Source: Marsupella aquatica (Eukaryota > Plantae > Marchantiophyta). Taken from it: a stretch of 64,000 bases of DNA. The translations under genes were made by a program, and so were the position numbers. Under the pieces are notes generated by a model that saw only the letters and a program-made list of their open reading frames with translations, had not been told where the DNA came from and ran no database searches. Below are positions 58,331 through 64,000 of the stretch, piece by piece. Position 1 is the stretch's first letter. Every line of letters begins with the position of its first letter. Location: assembly GCA_973895155.1 (NCBI GenBank), contig OZ316899.1, positions 16,705,974 through 16,769,973 on the forward strand, written 5' to 3'.

Positions 58331-61300
58331 TGTGACGCCGCCGGTACGGCGAGTAATGAGTAATTCGGTCTAAACCGCGCTTAGCACGCGCGTTAGGGGT
58401 ATCTTAGGCCACTATTATTAGCATAACGACAATATTTAGGTAACCATTATGAGTAGGAAATCATTAGTCAATAAGGGGAATTCATGTTTGGACTGGCGGC
58501 GTGTCGTCATTTGCACGCCCGGGTTGCAAGCGTGGAGGGGCCCCTCCCTCGGGTCCGTATAACAAACTTAGGGAAGCGGCCACTGACACGCGCTGACTCA
58601 GACCGGTGGAGTGGCCGGTACACTACAAGCGTGAACGGTTTAGCCTATAAGCAACGAGGAGATGTCGGGTGATCGACGAGCCCTCAAGGTATAAAAGGGG
58701 AGCCGACCCTTTGTAGTGCACCAGTCCATCAGTCCACACGCCAGCTTTGACCCCAACTCTCTCGTTTTCTCTTAGTCGCCACTGCTATCTCCTCTGAATG
58801 TCGCACACGACCCTCTCCAGTTCGGCCATTCAATTTTGGACGCAGTTCCTATCTACTAGAAGACACTTGGCCGACTCATTGAAACACGCCAACCCGCACC
58901 GATACGAAATTGAACGCGAGTACGAGAGAGCCATCCGCCTAGCAGGACGACACCACTATATCCTTAACTTTGACTACCCGTCTCAGAGCGAGCTTTACCA
59001 ACCAGCAGAGGTATCAGGGTACTTCTTCAACGGAGACAAATATATCAGTTTCTAGGAAGCATTGCTTTGGCTTCCGGATGAGATCTTCAATATCCCGGGT
59101 ACGATCGACTTGCAACGACATCACTTTGACCACATCCCTGCTCAAGTTCGGGCTATCATCAATAGCGAGTCCAGCACTACCCGTTCGACAAGGCCGTCTG
59201 CACTTGCTTTGGAGAACTTCTACCAGCACCTATAGAGCTTCATGGGAACTAGACCCTCAACCACCGGCGCCGGCATAGTCAACCCCATACCCGTACCCGC
59301 GCCAACGCAGACTCAGGCTCAGCCTCAGTCTCAGCCTCAGTCTAGCCAACCCCTACCGCCAATCGCCCCGCCAGTACAAGTACGCTCCATCATCAACGCT
59401 GTGGACCTTAGCAACGATGACGAGGCTACCCCACCCTTGCTCAGGCGGCCCAAAGGAGCGAACACTCAGGGGGCCGACACTACATCATCCCCTCCCCATG
59501 TCCGGACCCAAGGAGCGGCTCCAGCAGACAACACGGTGACCGTGGTTGCCGCGGGCCCAATACTAACAGCGGTAGCACTATCTATGCCCGATCGAGAGGA
59601 TGGGGAGGTGTCACCCTCCCCGAGCCAGTCACGGGGGAAGAAGAGGAAGGAACTCGCTGCTGCATCCGGGTTACCAATGGCCACGGTAGCCGCGGCCAAG
59701 GTGATAATGCACCGCATGGGGGAAAACGTGCATAAAAACATCCTCCATCCCAAACATGCGATGTACCTGAAAACTCAGGGATTCGAGCACCTCGTCTCTC
59801 TCCCCTGGAACACTTGCAGGTACTACGGGGAGGACATGATGGAATTCGTCAAGAATTATGACGACGCACGTCAACATACTTGGCTGCGGGGAAGGAATAT
59901 GTCCCTCACGGAAGAACGGCTCAAGATGATCTTTGGGTTACCCGAAGGTGACCACCGAGTCAAATCACGGGCTCCCGGGGGCAAGGGAGCCAAGTACCAA
60001 TCCTCAAGTTTTCCCTCCGAGGGATCAGTGCACAACGGGTTTGTGATGAGGACCTGCCTCATCCCCGAGATAGCTGAGCGACTGGAGTTCCAAAGGTACG
60101 CCCTCCACATGATGGAACCCCGGGGGGAGATCTCCGCTGCCCAGGTTATCCAGGTCAAGAACTATCAACCTAGGAAGTGGGCGTCGTACCTCGCTAAGAA
60201 ATTCCATGAAGAGATGGAGCGGCGAAGAAAGACGCTATACATTGGCGGGAAGGCGTATTTCGCTAGCCACATCGAGATCATTCTCGAGTGGTACGCTCGG
60301 TTTGATCGATGAACCGTTCCCCGTGTCAACGTAACAAAGCTGGTCCTAGCTAGGTGGGTTTTCCCGGCCTTGGAGAGACGGCCCCAACCCGAGGCCCGAA
60401 GTCCAACGGCCATGCAAGCTTCACCCACCCCACCTCCACAAGTAGTTGTAGCCGTGGCCGATGAGGTACCAGATGGGTCGGTAATCGCAACCGTAGATGC
60501 AATCAACCAGGCCGGGCCAAGTACAGAAATCGGGACAGCGGAGGCCTTACTCGAGGCCGGGTCTCCCGAAGACCCACTGGTGGCTATTCCGAAGGACCAG
60601 ACATTGCTGGAGGAGGACACTCCAACCCCTTCCAATACTACGTCTCCAGGGCTGGATGTCACTGCCCCGGCCCCCGCGCGTGTTGACGTCTGCCCGTGCC
60701 CAAATCCGGACAGGCACAACTTGGACCACCCGGAACTCTTCGTACCGGGTACATTTCTGAACGGGCTTTTGGGAGATTTCTCTCATCAAATTGCCCGGGA
60801 TACCGGGGAGTTCATGGCCCGGAAGGTAGCCTGTTTCTTCAATCAGGAGTTGGTTGCCGCAGTAAAGGCAGGTCGGGCCCAGTCAGAGGCCCATCAGAGG
60901 ATAGAGCGGTATCGGGTGGAGTCCGTATACTTAAAGAACAAAGTTGCGGCTCAAGAGGCTGAGCTTCTGCAACTACAACCCAAAGTTGCAGCCGCCGATG
61001 AGTTGTTAGCAAAGGCGCACGCCCTTACCGCCCTAGCCGAACAGACCAAAGCTGGGAACGAGGCCGAGATTGCACGACTCCGGAACCAGATTGATAGTTT
61101 GAAGAATCAAACTGTCATCTGGCAGAAAGACCTGGAGGAGGCCGAAGAACGGGCCCAACGGGACACTGCGGAGATAGCCACGCTACAGGCCGAAGTAGCA
61201 CGGCTCCAAACCAAAGCCGAGAAGCAGGACCAGGTGGTGGGCAAGTTGACGAGCGATGCCCAGCAGCTGGAGGAGGCATGCCCGGAGGCAGCGGAGGAGA

Positions 61301-62315
61301 CGGACGCGGCAAAGCGAGAGAACGAATCTCTGCTAGACCAGGTCCAGCTCCTCAAGGCGGACAACGATAGACTTTGTAAGCAGTGGGATGGTCGCTCCCA
61401 CTCGGACGGCTCTGGCAAGCGTGCCAGGCATTAGCGGTAGAGTAGGAATAGAATAGGGTTAGGAATAGCTAAATCAGGCTATGGGGACAGGAACCTGCCC
61501 TAGTTAGAGCAGCACCGCCATGCTGTCCAGCCTGCGTAGGTTAGGATCTTCTAATAAGACACAGCCGTTTTGCGGCCTGACAGTCAGATTAGTTAGGACC
61601 TAAGTCAGCGAATCTTCGGGCGGGAGGACACTCCGTTCCTCGGCCCTTAGTATTTAGTGCACCCCTCGGTAGAGGCAAGGGGGGGTTTTTAGTCTCAGTG
61701 TTGGACATCCGCGGTATGTGCGGGGAGTGAAAGAGTACCAAGGGGAGGGTGTAAGACTAAGCTCGTTGGGCGAGTGCGGAGCCAGGCTCCGTTGTAGTGT
61801 ACACCCTCGGCCTCGGACCTGTTCACTCCAGAGCATTCGGGTCAACTAAGTGTACGTGTATGTCTCTTATGGAGTAAAATCCCTTCCCGTTATTTCCTTT
61901 GTGTAAATCGAGATTTTATGCTTGTGCGTATGTATGTGTGTGAATCTCGTGTATAGGTGCCAACGCTTGGCCGAACACACTACCCAAGTAGTGCACGGGG
62001 TGCAGCTTGCGTGTACGTGGTTGCGAGCCCAGGTTGAGCACCCATATCATCAAAATCCGGATTGAAGGCGGACAATACGAAGGCTTAGAAGCCCTTAAGC
62101 CAGGGTCGATCCTGCTATCGATTGAGGTACGTTCCGGCGGCGGAACACAAACCATACCTAGGAGGTGTCTGTATATGACGATAGGCGCACTTAGCGCTAT
62201 TTTACATAAGTTGGGTGCATTCCGTGCCTCCCTCCCTGTCCAAACCCTCATTTTGACAAAGGGTGTGCCTGTTTAAGCCAAAGCCCGGAGTAAGGCCAAG
62301 GCTGACGACGTGATA
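58331..62315 (+). mobile_element. Family-B ORF-bearing solo LTR B2 (3985 bp)
   Basis: TSD GGCTA (58326-58330 / 62316-62320); termini TGTGACGCCGCC...GACGTGATA (CA>TA); colinear with 52922-56856. Confidence 0.94.
58798..61434 (+). pseudogene. Family-B LTR-encoded protein, copy B2 (878 codons in one frame with a few point-mutation stops)
   Basis: ORFs starting at 58798, 59242 and 60370 share one frame. Core LPW..EFVKNYD..LRGRNMSLTE..IFGLPEG..NGF..C..ERLEF.R..H..EPRGEIS..QV..W..GGK.YFASH; C-terminal coiled coil. Confidence 0.9.
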
Positions 62316-63878
62316 GGCTACTCCTGATGATTCTCCCAGCACCGTTGCTTTTGTTCATGCCGCTGTGCAAAACCCTTCAGGTCCCAATGTTTGTTGCTGC
62401 AGAGGCTGATGGCCTCCTGGATGCCGACGATTATGTTCTTAGGGAATCGTTGAGCTGGTTGGCAATAGGCGTCCACAAGAACTCAACCTTGATGAGCTCT
62501 CCTCCTAGGAAGGCAGACTTTTGCAGTTTTCATAGTTGAGCCAGCTCTGCCTTTCTCGGGCTGCTCTCTGCAACTCCTTGTCTTCGTAGGTTCCAATGTA
62601 TTCAGTTGCCCGTTCGAATAGGCATCCCCAAAAATGTGCAGCTTGGTTGCTCATTCTCACCTTGTGTCAATGCTCGGTATCTGCTTCCACCCATAGAGTT
62701 TGCCTAAGCAACTGACAGTCATTGGCTTCTCCCCGCAATCTGCTTGATCAGTGCTTGCAAATGAGCCGCCACCCTCGGTGAACAGTCCTTACCCCCCTCT
62801 TGCCTGCAGTTGCCTGACTGCCCATTGATTACCTACAAACGCTTGTACTTAGCGTGCCCTAACCCTAATCATGCCCCCTGGTTGCCGTTGCGCCTTACTT
62901 CCGGCCTCAGCTTGGGTTCCATGGTTACCCTAATTGTTTATATTTTCCCTTGTTTCCTCTTTATACTAATGGGTTTTAGTGTATACCACCCGGTTTTACC
63001 ATTTTAGATGGCCTAGTGATTCCTAGCTAGGCATCACAATAGGGCTTTGGGCTAGCCACGAGCAAAAGCTCCAAGAAGGAAGGAGGTAGCCTCAAGCTTC
63101 CCCTTGCCTCCTTCAATGTAGTATAGGCCTTGTGCCCTCTTAATACCACCAAGCAGGGTGGTAGCTGCACCCTCGCTCCTCCTCTCTTGCACAGGTCCTC
63201 AAGCGTAGGATAATTAAATCCCCCCCTTGCTCCTCAATGTGCTTTGGGCCTCGGCCCTCCCTCTTGCTCTTGCTCACCCTTGATCCTTGTACCTGCCCAG
63301 ACCTGAGGCCTCCGTTGTTAGCACTTAATAGGGCCTTGAGGCCACTCAATGACTTGAGCCCATCATAGGGCCAAGAGACCAACAATATTTCCAAGCGAGG
63401 GGCTCAACTCTCCCACCTTTCTCCTTTGTATTTCAGCCTTGGCCTCGCTGCCCTCAAACCTTGTGCACCCCAAAAGAGGTCAAAACAAAAAAGCAACAAT
63501 ATTCACAAGTGAATGACGTTTCCTCCAAAGGAAAAATGACCTTACCGGCTACAAAGGACATACAGTGCACACTCGCAAGAGTGTTTAAACAATAGAGTTA
63601 TCATCGCTCTGCACTTACAAGATGAAAAGCTTGAATTTTCCACCAAGAAGTTGTCAAACTATCCTCTCAATAGTACCTCTTTAGAAGAAATAGACATGTT
63701 TGACACTCCAATTTGGAGTTTTAATTGGGAAACCGTCACCTCTTCAAAACACAAAACAAAGAATGCAAAACGGCTAGTGAAATAATCACGCAATCGTCAT
63801 GACGATTCAATCTTTTCACCACAATCCAACACACAACGCTCTAACTGCTACCCAAGTCACCGAACCACGAACATGAAC

Positions 63879-63889
63879 CTCTGATACCA
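63879..63889 (-). promoter_or_regulatory. PBS complementary to tRNA-iMet
   Basis: TGGTATCAGAG on the minus strand, 2 nt after an LTR-terminal CA at 63892. Confidence 0.85.
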
Positions 63890-63891
63890 CT

Positions 63892-64000
63892 TGTAAGAAA
63901 CCGTCGGCTCCAGACAAAACAACAATGCAGAACATGAGAGCACTCAATCCCACACTACATCAACAAGACACCATGATAGAGAAACTCCTGAAGGATCCAA
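63892..64000 (-). mobile_element. 3' end of a 5' LTR, probably of the Copia whose gag lies at 27990-28690
   Basis: ...CTTACA followed by the iMet PBS; same strand as the gag remnant once the A1 nest and the LINE are removed. Confidence 0.65.

Larger units (their letters stand above)
30405..63038 (-). mobile_element. Family-A ORF-bearing solo LTR, copy A1, split by three insertions (pieces 30405-33014, 52476-52494, 56857-58330, 62316-63038)
   Basis: Termini TGTGGTGC...GCATCACA; TSD ATAGG (30400-30404 / 63039-63043). The pieces are colinear with A2 and the reading frame rejoins across insertions (GMKQATHELHEQLRD vs A2 GIKQTVQEFQERIKQ). Confidence 0.93.

Noticed and set aside
43485-61418. Many 60-200 aa ORFs antisense to the LTR-encoded genes
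   Set aside because: Shadow frames of GC-rich, low-complexity coding sequence; not conserved between families.
42161-62315. A/B/C units as TIR DNA transposons encoding a transposase
   Set aside because: Terminal inverted matches are only 5-8 bp, no DDE triad is recognisable, and the PPT/integrase and PBS junctions identify them as LTRs.

Overview
Repeat-rich plant DNA. It has Arabidopsis-type TTTAGGG repeats and Bianca/Tork-type Copia, Gypsy and L1 remnants, and the mix of lineages suggests a non-seed land plant (inference). No intact host gene is recognisable. From left to right: the end of a long TG..CA unit (A0, 1-757) carrying a (CCCTAAA)5 insertion; a decayed ~9 kb DNA element with a P-element-type transposase and a neighbouring BRCT + EDM2-like PHD gene (758-~9771); a deleted Gypsy relic (D) inside a B-type LTR end (9772-12113); unresolved DNA (12.1-16.9 kb); two nested Bianca-type Copia elements (16953-27357); and a Copia whose leader holds a 32.6 kb nest (30405-63038), resolved by target-site duplications (TSDs). 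The main discovery is a set of divergent 3.8-4.7 kb TG..CA units (families A, B, C, D); the five complete ones have 5-bp TSDs. Each contains a homologous ~800-1200 aa gene: conserved N-terminal domain, Transposase_32/PMD-like core, coiled coil. Two copies show these units are LTRs: one follows integrase + PPT (52922) and one is followed by a tRNA-Asn-type PBS (11276). These are protein-coding LTRs whose solo LTRs keep the gene, one with 1122 uninterrupted codons. All copies whose 3' end is in the window share a pair of hairpins there, with a compensatory base-pair change.
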